From IMG/VR virus record IMGVR_UViG_2902076858_000006: a DNA stretch of 64,000 nt; one strand, given 5' to 3'. The position numbers and the translations under genes were made by a program. The notes beneath the pieces were generated by a model. That model saw only the letters and a program-made list of their open reading frames with translations, ran no database searches and was not told where the DNA came from. This document shows positions 29,904-40,896 of this stretch, in pieces. Each line of letters begins with the position of its first letter. Within the stretch, counting starts at the first letter, position 1. The DNA comes from an uncultured virus (IMG/VR IMGVR_UViG_2902076858_000006) (lineage: Duplodnaviria; Heunggongvirae; Uroviricota; Caudoviricetes).

Positions 29904-30302
29904 TTATAATACATACTGTATATGGTAGGTAAGATCAGCAGAACACCATAAGCCAACATCATCATCACGTTGATAGTCATAACCATGAGGTGTCATAACA
30001 TCAATTAAAGAGATGAGCGAAGGTAGCGTATTCAAAGCCGGATAAATTATTGTTTCTATCCATTGATCTAATTCGGTATCTGGGTTTTTCGCTTCAAGAA
30101 AAAGAGTAATATGGATAATCGCTTGCCAACTATCCGTATCAAGCGTGTCGCTAATCGAGATCGCATCTGTTAAATAAATCGCAATGGCGGGTAATTCTTG
30201 TGCATCAATAAAAAAGGGGCGTCCATCAAAAAATGTCACCCCTGTTACATAAGGTATTATCGCGTCTTTCACTTTCTGTCGTATTTGAGCATGTTTACTC
30301 AT
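29904..30302 (-). CDS. U: Tail terminator U
   Basis: [21 protein letters not shown]. Confidence 0.9.
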   Translation of the reverse strand: MSKHAQIRQKVKDAIIPYVTGVTFFDGRPFFIDAQELPAIAIYLTDAISISDTLDTDSWQAIIHITLFLEAKNPDTELDQWIETIIYPALNTLPSLISLIDVMTPHGYDYQRDDDVGLWCSADLTYHIQYVL

Positions 30303-30862
30303 CTCACCCTCTCGTTAATATAGAGTCTCAATTGTTGTTTCAAGGCATACCCCATTTCTTTCGGCATTTCTGAATGCATTAATCGTTGAGTTTTTTCTTG
30401 AAAGGCTTGGGTTAGAGGTATAACGAGTGGGATTTTTACAACATCAATGGGATATTGATCCTTTGTAACACGCTGAAGCACATGCCAACGCCCATTATTA
30501 AGTTGCTGAATAAACGCATCAGGGAAAGAAAACTTCCCCACTTTAAGAACGCTCCCCTGATTTTTTTGGTATCGTTGTTTTCGAGACAGTTGAAGTCGAG
30601 CTTTACCTAATGCTATGGCTGGTAAGTTGCCTCGGTTTATCACCATCCTTGCACGGGGCTTTGTATAATTACTTTTGGCTTTATTGAGTTTGACACGCTG
30701 TCGGATTAATCGCTGTGGTACGCCTGTTTTTTTCGCTACTCGCTTTACACTATGGCTGATCACCCGTGTTGCAACACGATTAATCGCTTGCGCCGTCGCT
30801 TTAGGAACCATTTGACCATTGATACTGTTAAGGTTTTTTATTGCCTGCTCGAGTCCTTTCAT
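30299..30862 (-). CDS. Z: Minor tail protein Z
   Basis: KGLEQAIKNL, AQAINRVA, YPIDVVKIPL. Confidence 0.9.
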   Translation of the reverse strand: MKGLEQAIKNLNSINGQMVPKATAQAINRVATRVISHSVKRVAKKTGVPQRLIRQRVKLNKAKSNYTKPRARMVINRGNLPAIALGKARLQLSRKQRYQKNQGSVLKVGKFSFPDAFIQQLNNGRWHVLQRVTKDQYPIDVVKIPLVIPLTQAFQEKTQRLMHSEMPKEMGYALKQQLRLYINERVR

Positions 30863-30871
30863 ATTTGTTCC

Positions 30872-31144
30872 TTATATTATCCATATATGTGGTTTCCCAT
30901 TAAATTGTTGATAGCGAGTCACTTTGTAAATGTGATTATCCACTTCAACCTCATCACCACGTTGAGGATGATAATTTTGGGAAAACACGATATAACTCAC
31001 GCTATTACCCTGAATCGGGCCTAATTCAGCCATAAAGTAAGCGTCAATAGCTTGATAAGCGATCCCATTTATTCTGATGTTTTTTCCAATCCGTTTTGCA
31101 GTAAGGCTATCCATTTGATGACGCAGATATTCAAATACGCTCAT
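30872..31144 (-). CDS. Head-tail joining protein (FII-like)
   Basis: Size, position, QFNGKPHIWI end. Confidence 0.7.
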   Translation of the reverse strand: MSVFEYLRHQMDSLTAKRIGKNIRINGIAYQAIDAYFMAELGPIQGNSVSYIVFSQNYHPQRGDEVEVDNHIYKVTRYQQFNGKPHIWII

Positions 31145-31152
31145 TGTTCCTT

Positions 31153-31491
31153 CTATTCGTGTTTAGGTATTCCAACATTTAATTTCACGGCAATGGTACT
31201 GTCAGAAACTTCAACATCCTGCCATACCATCCCTGCGGGCATTCCTTCTGCATCAACAACTTCATTGTTTTTAATTAATGCTACCGAGCCTGCTTTTAGT
31301 GTGATCCCTGTTTTTTTGTTAAGCAAAAAAACGCCTTCCGTGATCCCATCCCCCACACTTTTTATCGCAATATCGGTCAATGCAACCGTGGCAATTTTCC
31401 CCACAAAAACTAGCTGACCACTTTTGATCACATGTTGGGTCGTATTATGTATGGCAATGGTGTTTCCTGCTTGTACATAATTTTTAGCCAT
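31153..31491 (-). CDS. DUF2190 family head-associated protein
   Basis: MAKNYVQAG.., VALTDI, EGVFLL.K. Confidence 0.8.
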   Translation of the reverse strand: MAKNYVQAGNTIAIHNTTQHVIKSGQLVFVGKIATVALTDIAIKSVGDGITEGVFLLNKKTGITLKAGSVALIKNNEVVDAEGMPAGMVWQDVEVSDSTIAVKLNVGIPKHE

Positions 31492-31579
31492 AAAAACTCC
31501 TTCCAATACCGAAGTACCAGATTTTAGATATAAAAAAAGCCCATAAGGGCATCAGGATAAAACGAAGAAAAAAGAAGTC

Positions 31580-33571
31580 TTATTTACCGGAGACTTTCAG
31601 CAGACCACAATAATCAACTGGCGCCACACCTGCATCAATACGCACTTTTGTCGTGACACCATCAGAAGTGAAACCATCAAGCTGATCAATATACGGTAAA
31701 TCAATCCCGTTTAAGTACGCTACCTCAATGGTGTCGCTACCTTGACGTGAAGCCATATACCAATCTTTCCCGCTCGCATCATCTAAACGAGGTTCAGCGA
31801 TAATTTCCGCTAAATCACGGATTGGGTTAATAATATTAGAATTAACATCCGCACCTTTCACGCTACCTGATTTAACCACTTGGGTTGCTTGTGTTTCCAG
31901 TGTGGTCGGTACCAACATAAATGCCGGTCGAATATTGAGTGTACGTTCACCTTCTTTCTGTTGACGCATCGCGGTGCGACCTGCACTGATGGTTTCTACA
32001 TCCATCCCGCCGGTAATCATGTTTTTATGATCGGCACTAAACAGCGCTTTTTTATCGCTCATTTTTTCATTGTCGACAAGCACCGCATACACCAAATCAC
32101 CGATGGTGGCTTTCGCTGCTTCACCTAATTTCTTTGGTACATCCGTCAACATATTCATGTCATCATTGATAATAGCTTGACGGCTAATACTGAATAATTC
32201 ACCGTAAGTTGCCAGCGCGATGGTTTCGCCTTTATCGTTCAACGTAACGTATTTATACTCAGCGCCTTCACGCACTTTACGTAATGAAGGGAACGCACCT
32301 AAACCAACACGATGCGCGGTTTTAAAGTCACTAAGTTGTCCTTTTTTTGTCCATTTCCCAAAGGTTTCTTCGTTTTCTTCCCAGCCAAGCAAAATCGCTT
32401 TATTCGCGACATCCAGCAGGATATTACCGAAGTCAGACGTGCTATGCGTAAAGGCCATACCAATCATTTGCATCGGATTATACATAGCCACACCAACACC
32501 ACGTTCTGTCAATGATGCGCGCGCTAATTCACGCAGTGTCATGCTATTAAAGGCGTTATCTTTTTCATAATCTTGATAACCCGCACGCGCCATCACAGAG
32601 GCACGCACACTGTCACCCACGATATTGCCGTTTCCAGCGTAAATATGCGCATTACCTTTATTTGATGGTTCAGGATTTTGTTGTTGTGCAACCGTGTTAA
32701 GTAATTGCTCACGCGCTTTCTCAATAGAACAGCTCGCATCCGCTAAACAAGTGATCATCAAATCATTGTGACGCCCACCGAACATGGCAAATAAATCTTT
32801 AATCCCATTTAATCGCGCTTGCTCGTCAGCATAGGTGGCGCTAGGTTGTGGCTCCGGTGCTGGCACTGGAGTTGGATGAGGTTGTGTAGGACTCGTGGTG
32901 TTTTTAGGGGTAATTTGATTTTTAATTGCACTTGGCATAGATGAAAATTCCTCAATTCGTTTAGATGTAAGACTCGCCATTGCTTTTACTGGCTCAATCA
33001 CTTTATCGGCGAAACCGTGTTCAACACACTCGTCACCATCCAGCCATGTTTCCTGCTCTAACATGGCAGTAATTTCTTCTGTTGTTTTTCCTGTTTTAGC
33101 CACATAAGCAGGAATGAGTACGTTTTCTAACTTGTCGAGCAAGTCAGCATATTCACGCATATCATTCGCGTCACCCCATGAAACGCCCCACGGTTTGTGG
33201 ATCATCATCATGGCATTTTTCGGCATAATGACCGTATCACCCACCATAGCAATGACCGACGCCATTGATGCGGCCAAACCATCGATATAAACCGTGATCG
33301 TCGCGGAATGGTTCTTAAGTTGGTTATAAATGGCGATACCATCAAACACCTCACCACCCGGTGAGTGAATATGCAGATTGATATGGCTGAGATTACCCAG
33401 CGAGATTAAATCTTCCGTAAAACGTCTTGCGCTAATTCCCCAACCGCCGATTTCATCATAAATATAGATATCCGCCGTTTGGTCTTCTTTAGCCTGCATG
33501 CGAAACCAGCTTTTTTGATTTACTGGCCACGACATTTTAGGCATCGTCATCAAGTTCTTGTTGCTTAGCAT
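31580..33571 (-). CDS. ClpP-like prohead protease / major capsid fusion
   Basis: IHSPGGEV, GLAASMAS, MIHKPW followed by capsid domain STSDF..LATYG. Confidence 0.92.
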   Translation of the reverse strand: MLSNKNLMTMPKMSWPVNQKSWFRMQAKEDQTADIYIYDEIGGWGISARRFTEDLISLGNLSHINLHIHSPGGEVFDGIAIYNQLKNHSATITVYIDGLAASMASVIAMVGDTVIMPKNAMMMIHKPWGVSWGDANDMREYADLLDKLENVLIPAYVAKTGKTTEEITAMLEQETWLDGDECVEHGFADKVIEPVKAMASLTSKRIEEFSSMPSAIKNQITPKNTTSPTQPHPTPVPAPEPQPSATYADEQARLNGIKDLFAMFGGRHNDLMITCLADASCSIEKAREQLLNTVAQQQNPEPSNKGNAHIYAGNGNIVGDSVRASVMARAGYQDYEKDNAFNSMTLRELARASLTERGVGVAMYNPMQMIGMAFTHSTSDFGNILLDVANKAILLGWEENEETFGKWTKKGQLSDFKTAHRVGLGAFPSLRKVREGAEYKYVTLNDKGETIALATYGELFSISRQAIINDDMNMLTDVPKKLGEAAKATIGDLVYAVLVDNEKMSDKKALFSADHKNMITGGMDVETISAGRTAMRQQKEGERTLNIRPAFMLVPTTLETQATQVVKSGSVKGADVNSNIINPIRDLAEIIAEPRLDDASGKDWYMASRQGSDTIEVAYLNGIDLPYIDQLDGFTSDGVTTKVRIDAGVAPVDYCGLLKVSGK

Positions 33572-35027
33572 CTTGTGCCCCTTTGTCATTAGAAGGATCA
33601 GTATCAAATACCAGTCCTAATCGTTTATTTTCGTCAATTTCGGTTTTACGACGACGTTTCACATCTGCAGGGTTTCCCCCTTTAGCACGTATCCAGTCAC
33701 TTTCTGTTGTCGCACCACCACGTAACTGTGTTTTCCACGCCTCAGACTCTTTTTTCGGATCAATCCACGGCATCACAGGGCCACTATAAACCGCATTAAA
33801 CAGTGATTTAGCGTCAACATCAGGAGGCACTGCGATCACACCACTGGCTATTGCCATTTTTAACCAATTTCGATACATCGGGCGGCTAATACCTGCCACA
33901 AAAGTGTCTTGAAAAATGTTATAACCTTCAAACGACTCCACCAGCTCTTGTCGCTGAGCACTATAAGTACCGTTATAGTCACGGGCGATGCTGGAATAAC
34001 TGCCACGACTGCCCGCAGAAACCGCACGTAATTGTCCATTGCGAAAGGTTTGTAGATTGGGATTGGGGCGGTCTGATTTGATCATGCCCACCTCTTCACC
34101 CGGTTTTAATCCGTCGTAAATCATACCCGGTTGAATATCGATGTTACGTTGCTCATCTTCATCGTATTCACCTTCAGGAAAAGAGCTGGCATCCCCTTTC
34201 TTGATGTACATACCCAATGAAGCTGCAATACGTGCAGAAGTTAATTCCGCATCTTCGTAATCTTTTAACGCACTTAAGCGCATTAAGATCCCCGAAAACA
34301 AACTGACACCTCGCGCTTGATGAAGCCGGCGAGTGAATTTCAGGTGCAACATATTTTCGGCATCAATGGTTTTGATATCACCCAAATTGGCACTAAATTG
34401 GGGGAGGTTTTTATACACCTGATACCCTGTGGGTCGCCCCCATTCATTAAATTTAATGCCTTGGATAATTTTACTTTCAGGCATATTCATGTGGATAGGC
34501 ACAAAGTCAGGCTCTAAGGCTTCGAGCCAAAAGTAGATATTGGCTTGAGGATCTAATCCCTTGGCTTTGCCTTTGACAAGTTGAGCAAATACCTCACCAT
34601 CCCGTAACCACGTTCTGACCAGTAAGCGCTCTAGCACAGGACGACTGAATTGCCCAGTCACTTCGGGTAACACTGACCATTCAGCCCAAGCCTGACGAAT
34701 TTGCGAGGCTAAATCCTCATGAATTTGTCCAGCGCCATCTAAGGGCTGAGGCTCAACGATAATGCCCTTTGCCCCGACAATGCGCTCTTCCATCTTGTCG
34801 AGAATACCGATAGAAATATCGTGATTGTTATCTAGCCACCGGGCTTGCTCCCGTAATGATGTACCACCAAATTGAGTCAGCTGGTTACCATTACGATTTT
34901 CACGTTTAGCGAGATGAGTACGAGTGGGTAAAACGGCTTCATAGGCTTTAATTTGTAATCGGGAGCGGAGGCGCGAGGCTTGCCAGTTTGGAGCAAAATA
35001 ACCAATGGCGTTGTCTAATAATGTCAT
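33537..35027 (-). CDS. Lambda-family portal protein
   Basis: RDGEVF, RGVS, WIDPKKE; position. Confidence 0.92.
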   Translation of the reverse strand: MTLLDNAIGYFAPNWQASRLRSRLQIKAYEAVLPTRTHLAKRENRNGNQLTQFGGTSLREQARWLDNNHDISIGILDKMEERIVGAKGIIVEPQPLDGAGQIHEDLASQIRQAWAEWSVLPEVTGQFSRPVLERLLVRTWLRDGEVFAQLVKGKAKGLDPQANIYFWLEALEPDFVPIHMNMPESKIIQGIKFNEWGRPTGYQVYKNLPQFSANLGDIKTIDAENMLHLKFTRRLHQARGVSLFSGILMRLSALKDYEDAELTSARIAASLGMYIKKGDASSFPEGEYDEDEQRNIDIQPGMIYDGLKPGEEVGMIKSDRPNPNLQTFRNGQLRAVSAGSRGSYSSIARDYNGTYSAQRQELVESFEGYNIFQDTFVAGISRPMYRNWLKMAIASGVIAVPPDVDAKSLFNAVYSGPVMPWIDPKKESEAWKTQLRGGATTESDWIRAKGGNPADVKRRRKTEIDENKRLGLVFDTDPSNDKGAQDAKQQELDDDA

Positions 35028-35239
35028 CCAAACCTCGCTAATTTATACATTGGATTACCTCGTTTTCTCGATATCAATGCCAATAAACGTGACTCCCAAC
35101 GCTCACGACCTTTAATGATCTCGTTGAGATTTTCCATTGTCATGGCTTGTCCATTAAAGGTGATGGATTTGCCTTTTAATACCGCCTCTTCTGCTAAACG
35201 GTATTGCTCAATCATGTGTTCAATTTCTTCTTTCGTCAT
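35024..35239 (-). CDS. gpW-like head completion protein
   Basis: AEEAVLKGKSITFNGQ; between terminase and portal. Confidence 0.75.
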   Translation of the reverse strand: MTKEEIEHMIEQYRLAEEAVLKGKSITFNGQAMTMENLNEIIKGRERWESRLLALISRKRGNPMYKLARFG

Positions 35240-37338
35240 ATCCAGCCTCCGCTGTTTGATACCGGTGCCCATGCAGATACCGCAGGCGTTTCCTGTTGTT
35301 GAGTTTCGGGTGAGGATTTTATTTCAGGCTCTTGGGTGATATCGGTAATTGGAGGAGAGGAGGAAAGCGTTACGTCTGGCAACCTCGCCCATTTAGGCGG
35401 TTTCTCCCAATTAATACCTTCATACCCTTTTAATATCACTAAAGCTTGGGCGTAAACCATCAAGTCAAACGCCTCATTAGCGCCTCGACCCGGTTTTTCC
35501 CAATGCCCTTTTTCATCACGCTCTTCATACGTCAACTCGTCATAGAACGATTCATCCAGCCAATCAGGGAAATGAATATAATTAGGCCCCACGGTATCTC
35601 GCGATAACGCAGAGCTGATCCGGTCTTTAAGTTGGTCAGTTTGCAGTAAATAAAGAGGCACATCCCCTTTGGCTTGGGCTCGCCGTTCTGAACGACTGGT
35701 GTTATCAGGGAATGATTTAGTGATTAACTTACTGCGTTTATGCCCATCCCCTTTAAAGAGATAGACCTTACGGTGTAATCCCTCTTTTCGACAGCGACGC
35801 CAAAATTTATAGGCATTATCAGTAACGCCATCTTCACCACCGGAGTCCACCCCAAGCATCATGATCCCCATTTCATGATGAGAATAGTGCTGTAATGGAT
35901 AGGTTTTCTCTAGTACATCTGTGATTAATACCTGCCAATCTTCGGGATACGAACCCGGATCAATTCGACGGCATTCACCGTTGTTGTCATAACGTAGAGA
36001 TTGTGTGATTTCAAAGCGGTCAATCACCCAGCGTTCGCCTTTTTCACCGTAACCCACCACTTGCACCACAAAGCGACGTTTTTTACCACCCTGCACGTCA
36101 ACCGTGGCAACCAAGAATCGCACACCATCTGGCACAACTGACTCTTCCCAGCTTTCTACACGATTTATAAGTTCATCACTTCGGCGCTGTTCTTGTGCTG
36201 TGCGAGGTAAATAAGGTAAACCCCAGTCTGTATTCGTGACCGCTTTTAAGGTTTCTTCACTACCTGTTAATTCATATTCTTGTTCTGCAGTCAGTAATTT
36301 ATAGATTAACTGAGACAGCGTTTGATAAGCGGCAGCAGGCCCTTCCATCCAAAAAGAGGCAACACGCGAACGACGCCCTGTGCCTGAAATCTTCCCTTGC
36401 TTATCAATGGACTGCCCTTCAATCAACCACACCCCTTTATTGTTGAGATCCCGTTTTTGATGGGGTTCAATGCGACCTAAACAGTGCTGACATTCCACAT
36501 ACGCAGATTCACTCGCTTCTACAGGGTCGGGATTATCACGATATCCCTTCACCGCATCATAAATAGGTTGAAAATATTCGTGACAGTGAGGGCATTGCCA
36601 GTACCAGCGACGGCGATCACCCCGATTATAAAGCGATAAAATTCCGGTTGTTGGCGGGGCTTCATGAGGTGATAATCGACTCCATTTAGTATCAGTGATA
36701 TCACGCCCCGGAGAGCTTTCCACCAGCGTCATACCCGCTGACATAAAAGTGGTTGTCCGTTTTGAGGCTAAAGAAAAGCCATCCCCCTCACCGTCAATAT
36801 CTTCGGGAAAACGGTCATAATCGGTAAGTGCCACACATTTAAAGTCAGATGAGGACATCACATTAATTGATGGCCAACCCATTTTTAGAAAACTGCCGGA
36901 TAAAAAGTATTTATCAAATACGTTATTGTCATTACGACGAGGACTGAGTTGTTTGCTGACTTCAGGACTGCAACGAAAGGTGCGAGAAAGCCGTTTTTTG
37001 CTGTGCTCTTGTGCTTTATCTTGCGTCATTTGCACCAGTAACATATCAGACGGATCACATACAATATTGTAAATTACCCATCCATCAATTAACCCAACCG
37101 TCTTTCCTGTTCTCGCAGGCCCGACAAATATCACTGCATCATAGAGCCGTGACGATAAACAATTCATAGGTTCAACAATGTAAGGGGATACGGCGGGCTC
37201 CCAAGGAACAGAGTTACCCGCGCCTACTGGTACTCGCATATATTTTGCCACAGCATCTGCAACTGGCATTCGCCTTGGTGCTTTAATGAGTTGGGCCACA
37301 TTTTTACGTAACAAAGAGGCAGATATTGGTTTAACCAT
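35236..37338 (-). CDS. Terminase large subunit (GpA family)
   Basis: GPARTGKT, TDYDRFP, ESSP, CPHC, VDVQ, NEAFDL. Confidence 0.95.
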   Translation of the reverse strand: MVKPISASLLRKNVAQLIKAPRRMPVADAVAKYMRVPVGAGNSVPWEPAVSPYIVEPMNCLSSRLYDAVIFVGPARTGKTVGLIDGWVIYNIVCDPSDMLLVQMTQDKAQEHSKKRLSRTFRCSPEVSKQLSPRRNDNNVFDKYFLSGSFLKMGWPSINVMSSSDFKCVALTDYDRFPEDIDGEGDGFSLASKRTTTFMSAGMTLVESSPGRDITDTKWSRLSPHEAPPTTGILSLYNRGDRRRWYWQCPHCHEYFQPIYDAVKGYRDNPDPVEASESAYVECQHCLGRIEPHQKRDLNNKGVWLIEGQSIDKQGKISGTGRRSRVASFWMEGPAAAYQTLSQLIYKLLTAEQEYELTGSEETLKAVTNTDWGLPYLPRTAQEQRRSDELINRVESWEESVVPDGVRFLVATVDVQGGKKRRFVVQVVGYGEKGERWVIDRFEITQSLRYDNNGECRRIDPGSYPEDWQVLITDVLEKTYPLQHYSHHEMGIMMLGVDSGGEDGVTDNAYKFWRRCRKEGLHRKVYLFKGDGHKRSKLITKSFPDNTSRSERRAQAKGDVPLYLLQTDQLKDRISSALSRDTVGPNYIHFPDWLDESFYDELTYEERDEKGHWEKPGRGANEAFDLMVYAQALVILKGYEGINWEKPPKWARLPDVTLSSSPPITDITQEPEIKSSPETQQQETPAVSAWAPVSNSGGWI

Positions 37339-37349
37339 TTCCCCTCCTT

Positions 37350-37829
37350 TTAATCCTCCTTAAGCTCATCGTCTGCTAGCACTTTTATCGCAATTTGATC
37401 ACGTAGATCATCAATCACCGCTTGTATTTGAAAAACCGCCGAAGGTGTTAATGCACAATCACGCTCTAATATATCTGGTAACGTCTCCAACACTTGTATC
37501 ATGGCTTTCGCTAAAGCAGCATATTCACGTGCAACATCGGATGCAGGTAATAATTCACCTATTTCTTGCTCAAATTTCAATCGTTCTCGTTCTGATTGAT
37601 ACCACGCTTTACGATCTTGAGGTTGCATTTCTTGGCTATCAATAGATGCAGGAGCTTTCATTGTTTCAGCTAAAATATCGCTAAGTGCATAAAGTTTGAG
37701 ATTTGAGTTATTGGTATTAACGGGTGTGAGGTTTTTAAGGCGTGATGAAACGGTCTGTCGATGTATTCCTGATAATGCAGCTATCTGGCTAATATTAAGT
37801 GTTAGCTGTTTGAGTTTTTGATCCATCAT
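37350..37829 (-). CDS. Terminase small subunit (DUF1441-like)
   Basis: LNISQIA..HRQTV..DRKAWYQSERER. Confidence 0.85.
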   Translation of the reverse strand: MMDQKLKQLTLNISQIAALSGIHRQTVSSRLKNLTPVNTNNSNLKLYALSDILAETMKAPASIDSQEMQPQDRKAWYQSERERLKFEQEIGELLPASDVAREYAALAKAMIQVLETLPDILERDCALTPSAVFQIQAVIDDLRDQIAIKVLADDELKED

Positions 37830-37847
37830 TGCATGTAAATAGTGAAT

Positions 37848-37869
37848 AAAAAACCCGCGTTGAGCGGGT
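37848..37869 (-). terminator. Moron terminator upstream of terS
   Basis: ACCCGC..GCGGGT followed by T-run. Confidence 0.7.
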
Positions 37870-37889
37870 GTTCACAGTGGTATTTAACA

Positions 37890-38390
37890 TTATTGTGTTA
37901 GGGAATCAATATAGTCAAAAAGAAATTGAGCGTCTATCTCGTTTAATTTTTTAAAATATTCATCTTTTCTATCTTTAAAATCTTCACCTCTATGAGGCCA
38001 TTTATTACACCAATAATCTATATTGGTATTTTTCTTGAACCATTGCTTTTGGTATTCATGTTCGTTGACCAATTTATAAAGTTCTTTTTTTGTCTGGCCT
38101 CTAGTTCTTGTTGCAGAAATTATGAAATTACAATTTTCTCCAATTAACTCTTCTACTGCTTTTTTTATAATTTTTTCGTTGTCACCACCTGTGGATATCC
38201 CTATTTTTAAACCTTTTTTCTCAAAAATAGCTATTTTATCATTTTTAGCAAAGGGGTTTTCTTTTGGTTCTAAACGAACAGAATAGCTTTTATCTGATCC
38301 TAATTTTCTAATCAATTGAATAAGTGTTTGTGTTTTACCACGCTTACTTGCACCAAAAACACGTAACATTAATTTCTTTTCAAGTTTCAT
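37890..38390 (-). CDS. Small P-loop NTPase-like moron protein
   Basis: GASKRGKT Walker A near N-terminus; AT-rich. Confidence 0.65.
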   Translation of the reverse strand: MKLEKKLMLRVFGASKRGKTQTLIQLIRKLGSDKSYSVRLEPKENPFAKNDKIAIFEKKGLKIGISTGGDNEKIIKKAVEELIGENCNFIISATRTRGQTKKELYKLVNEHEYQKQWFKKNTNIDYWCNKWPHRGEDFKDRKDEYFKKLNEIDAQFLFDYIDSLTQ

Positions 38391-38637
38391 TATGAAAATT
38401 CCATTGTGAATAATAAATTATGATATACGTGCTGAATGTAATAAATACAAGTTACTACACCACATTCTTATGAATATTAAGAGAAATTCCTGTGGAAAAT
38501 AATGAAACGTAAAACATGTTGATGAACAAAAAACGTTCAAAACCATCAACACTTATTATTTATATATTTAAAAATCAATAGGTTGATTATGTAGTGATGA
38601 TGCTGAAATAAAATGCAAAAATTTGGCGTTTTCCGCG

Positions 38638-38678
38638 AAGCCCCCGCCCCGCGGGAAAGGAGACTATTGGAAGTACCT
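38638..38678 (-). other. Lambda-like cos site (cosQ + cosN)
   Basis: AGGTACT-22nt-GGGCGGGGGCTT CGCG resembles lambda GGGTCCT...GGGCGGCGACCT CGCG; upstream of terS. Confidence 0.75.
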
Positions 38679-38680
38679 TT

Positions 38681-39082
38681 TTAACTGTTCTTCAATCTAA
38701 TAAGGTTTGCTTCTAAAAGGCTCATAACTACATCGGCTTGCCCATTATGATTTTTAGGTAAATCATTATTGCTTTTTTGATATAGTCGAAAACACTCGGT
38801 GGCTGTTATGTTTGGGTTCTCTATTGCTAATGCTAAAAGTTCTTTCGCATGGCGTTTATTATCAGCACCCGCGTTATAATCATTTGATGGGATGTTCTTC
38901 ACTAAACCAAGCTCACATAAACCCAAAAAGGCACCTTTAGGGCATCCTTTATTAATTGATGATTTACTAGTTGTTTCTTTTGATATCGCATTAGTCCATT
39001 GTTCACGTAAATTTACTTTATCATCATAATTCAATGCAGTCTGTACTGCTGCTTTACCATAAGTTCCCATATATAACCTCAT
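38681..39082 (-). CDS. DUF6979-like protein
   Basis: KGCPKGAFLGLCELGLVKNIP, HNGQADVV. Confidence 0.7.
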   Translation of the reverse strand: MRLYMGTYGKAAVQTALNYDDKVNLREQWTNAISKETTSKSSINKGCPKGAFLGLCELGLVKNIPSNDYNAGADNKRHAKELLALAIENPNITATECFRLYQKSNNDLPKNHNGQADVVMSLLEANLIRLKNS

Positions 39083-39284
39083 GCCTGATTATTTATAAAT
39101 AATACTAACACTTATTTAATTTTAGTTATATTTTGTGAGGTTATTCGTTTTTAATACCTGTAAAATAGGAAAGTGCTAGAAAGGTTCCTTAAAATATTTA
39201 TACCATATATTATCCATAACATTAATTATGTAACTAATAACAGTAATCATATGTATAACCATACTATTAGTCAAAAACTTTACT

Positions 39285-39329
39285 TAACCAACTAAATGAG
39301 TATCCTAAGAATACTCGCTTAGTTGGTTA
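39285..39329. terminator. Long hairpin, probable terminator
   Basis: TAACCAACTAA..GAGTAT/ATACTC..TTAGTTGGTTA. Confidence 0.5.
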
Positions 39330-39404
39330 TCTAATTTTTAATAAATAAAGAAAATGGTAATAAACTACTACAGATTTAATTTAATCAATTAATTTATCAG
39401 ACAG

Positions 39405-39962
39405 TTAAAGATGTTCTGGTGGTTCAAAACCATTCAAAATAGAAACAGCATAAACATTCGCTTTGTCACGACTAACTGGGGTGTAGCTCTCATCTACTTT
39501 TCTGTCAGTAATTCGGCTGAAAACAACATCATCTTTATTATCTATTTGAATAATCCATGTAACAAGGTATTTATCCGTACCTAATAATCGATAAATTGTA
39601 TCATCTATTGATTTTTCTTCTTTACTAAAATGTTCTAATTTACCAAACACAACTGTTCCTGCATTTATTATTACAAAAACAGTTATAATACCTACTGCCG
39701 CAACAATCCAGCCACCTCCAGGTTTGTACATAAATTCAAGTAAAATAAGTCCGATGCTAATTAACCCTAAGATTAAAAATAAAATAATGTAGAACCAAAA
39801 TATTTTGTGCGTTAACCAGCTTGTCTTTATTTTCTTTTTTTTTCTATCATTCATCGCTCTAAACATTGCAAAACATGCAATAAATGAAAATATAGCTAAC
39901 GTAAGAAAATTCATGGAATTTTTTAGTGCTTCAATAAGTTGTTGCTCCATAATACCCACCAA
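39405..39962 (-). CDS. Three-TM membrane protein (moron)
   Basis: Three hydrophobic segments. Confidence 0.7.
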   Translation of the reverse strand: MVGIMEQQLIEALKNSMNFLTLAIFSFIACFAMFRAMNDRKKKKIKTSWLTHKIFWFYIILFLILGLISIGLILLEFMYKPGGGWIVAAVGIITVFVIINAGTVVFGKLEHFSKEEKSIDDTIYRLLGTDKYLVTWIIQIDNKDDVVFSRITDRKVDESYTPVSRDKANVYAVSILNGFEPPEHL

Positions 39963-40031
39963 TTATTTAATAAGAGAATATTATATTATGGACAAATTTC
40001 CACATTATTCCAATTATGAAGTACTATTTTT

Positions 40032-40675
40032 TTATTTAGCTATATTTATAACTTCTTCAAGTAATCGACTTATTTCCTGTGGTAATAAAACCTTTGCCAT
40101 TCGCAGTGCTCTATCTTGATAACAAAGTACAGGCTGAACAGGTAATGCATCACCAAAACGAATAAGTAATCTAGGGCTAGTTGGTTCTACCTATCTCGAC
40201 AAGTACCACTAAGTAAGCGTTTTAATCGTTTTTTATTTTTACGACCTTTCCTCGCTTTTTTGCGTTGGAATATGCCATAAACATCCTTTAACTCACCAAT
40301 AAATATATTATTTTTAGCTTTCAAGCTATTCAGCTTATTTCTTGATAATTTACCGTGTTTGTTTAATTTTATATTTTTAGGTTTAAGCAATGATACGCCA
40401 TTCAATTTATGGACACCTCTGTTCTCAAATGGCATTAAATATCCAATGGCGATATTCATCACAAATACTTTCGCCTTTAAATTATTTTTACGAGCCCCTC
40501 GGCTTTTAATACTTTTAATCGTAAATAGGAGTAAGCTTTCTAAATTACATTGTAATGCAACCTTTTGTACATTTTCTATTTTACGGGTAGCAATCGTAAG
40601 AGCGAGTGCTGTTGTAAATAGGATTTGCTTTCGAATAGTGCTAAGTTGATTTGTTAGATCCGTTAAATTAGCCAT
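40032..40675 (-). pseudogene. Basic lambdoid pre-cos protein, disrupted near 40187
   Basis: ORF stops at 40187 but protein-like sequence continues in another frame (PRLLIRFGDALPVQP..IAK*). Confidence 0.6.
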
Positions 40676-40896
40676 AATTTCCCAAAAAACTAGCAACCAA
40701 TAAAAACTCTATCAACGCCACTCAATGAATGACTTTTATTGAATCAACTAATCATAGCTAACATATTATATGGATATGGCGACAATACGGCTCCAAATTT
40801 TCTAGACAATTTAAATCGAGACTATTATGCTTAATCTGCTATTGATAAATGGCAATTATAACTATTTGGAAATACTCATTTTAAAAGGAATTAAAT

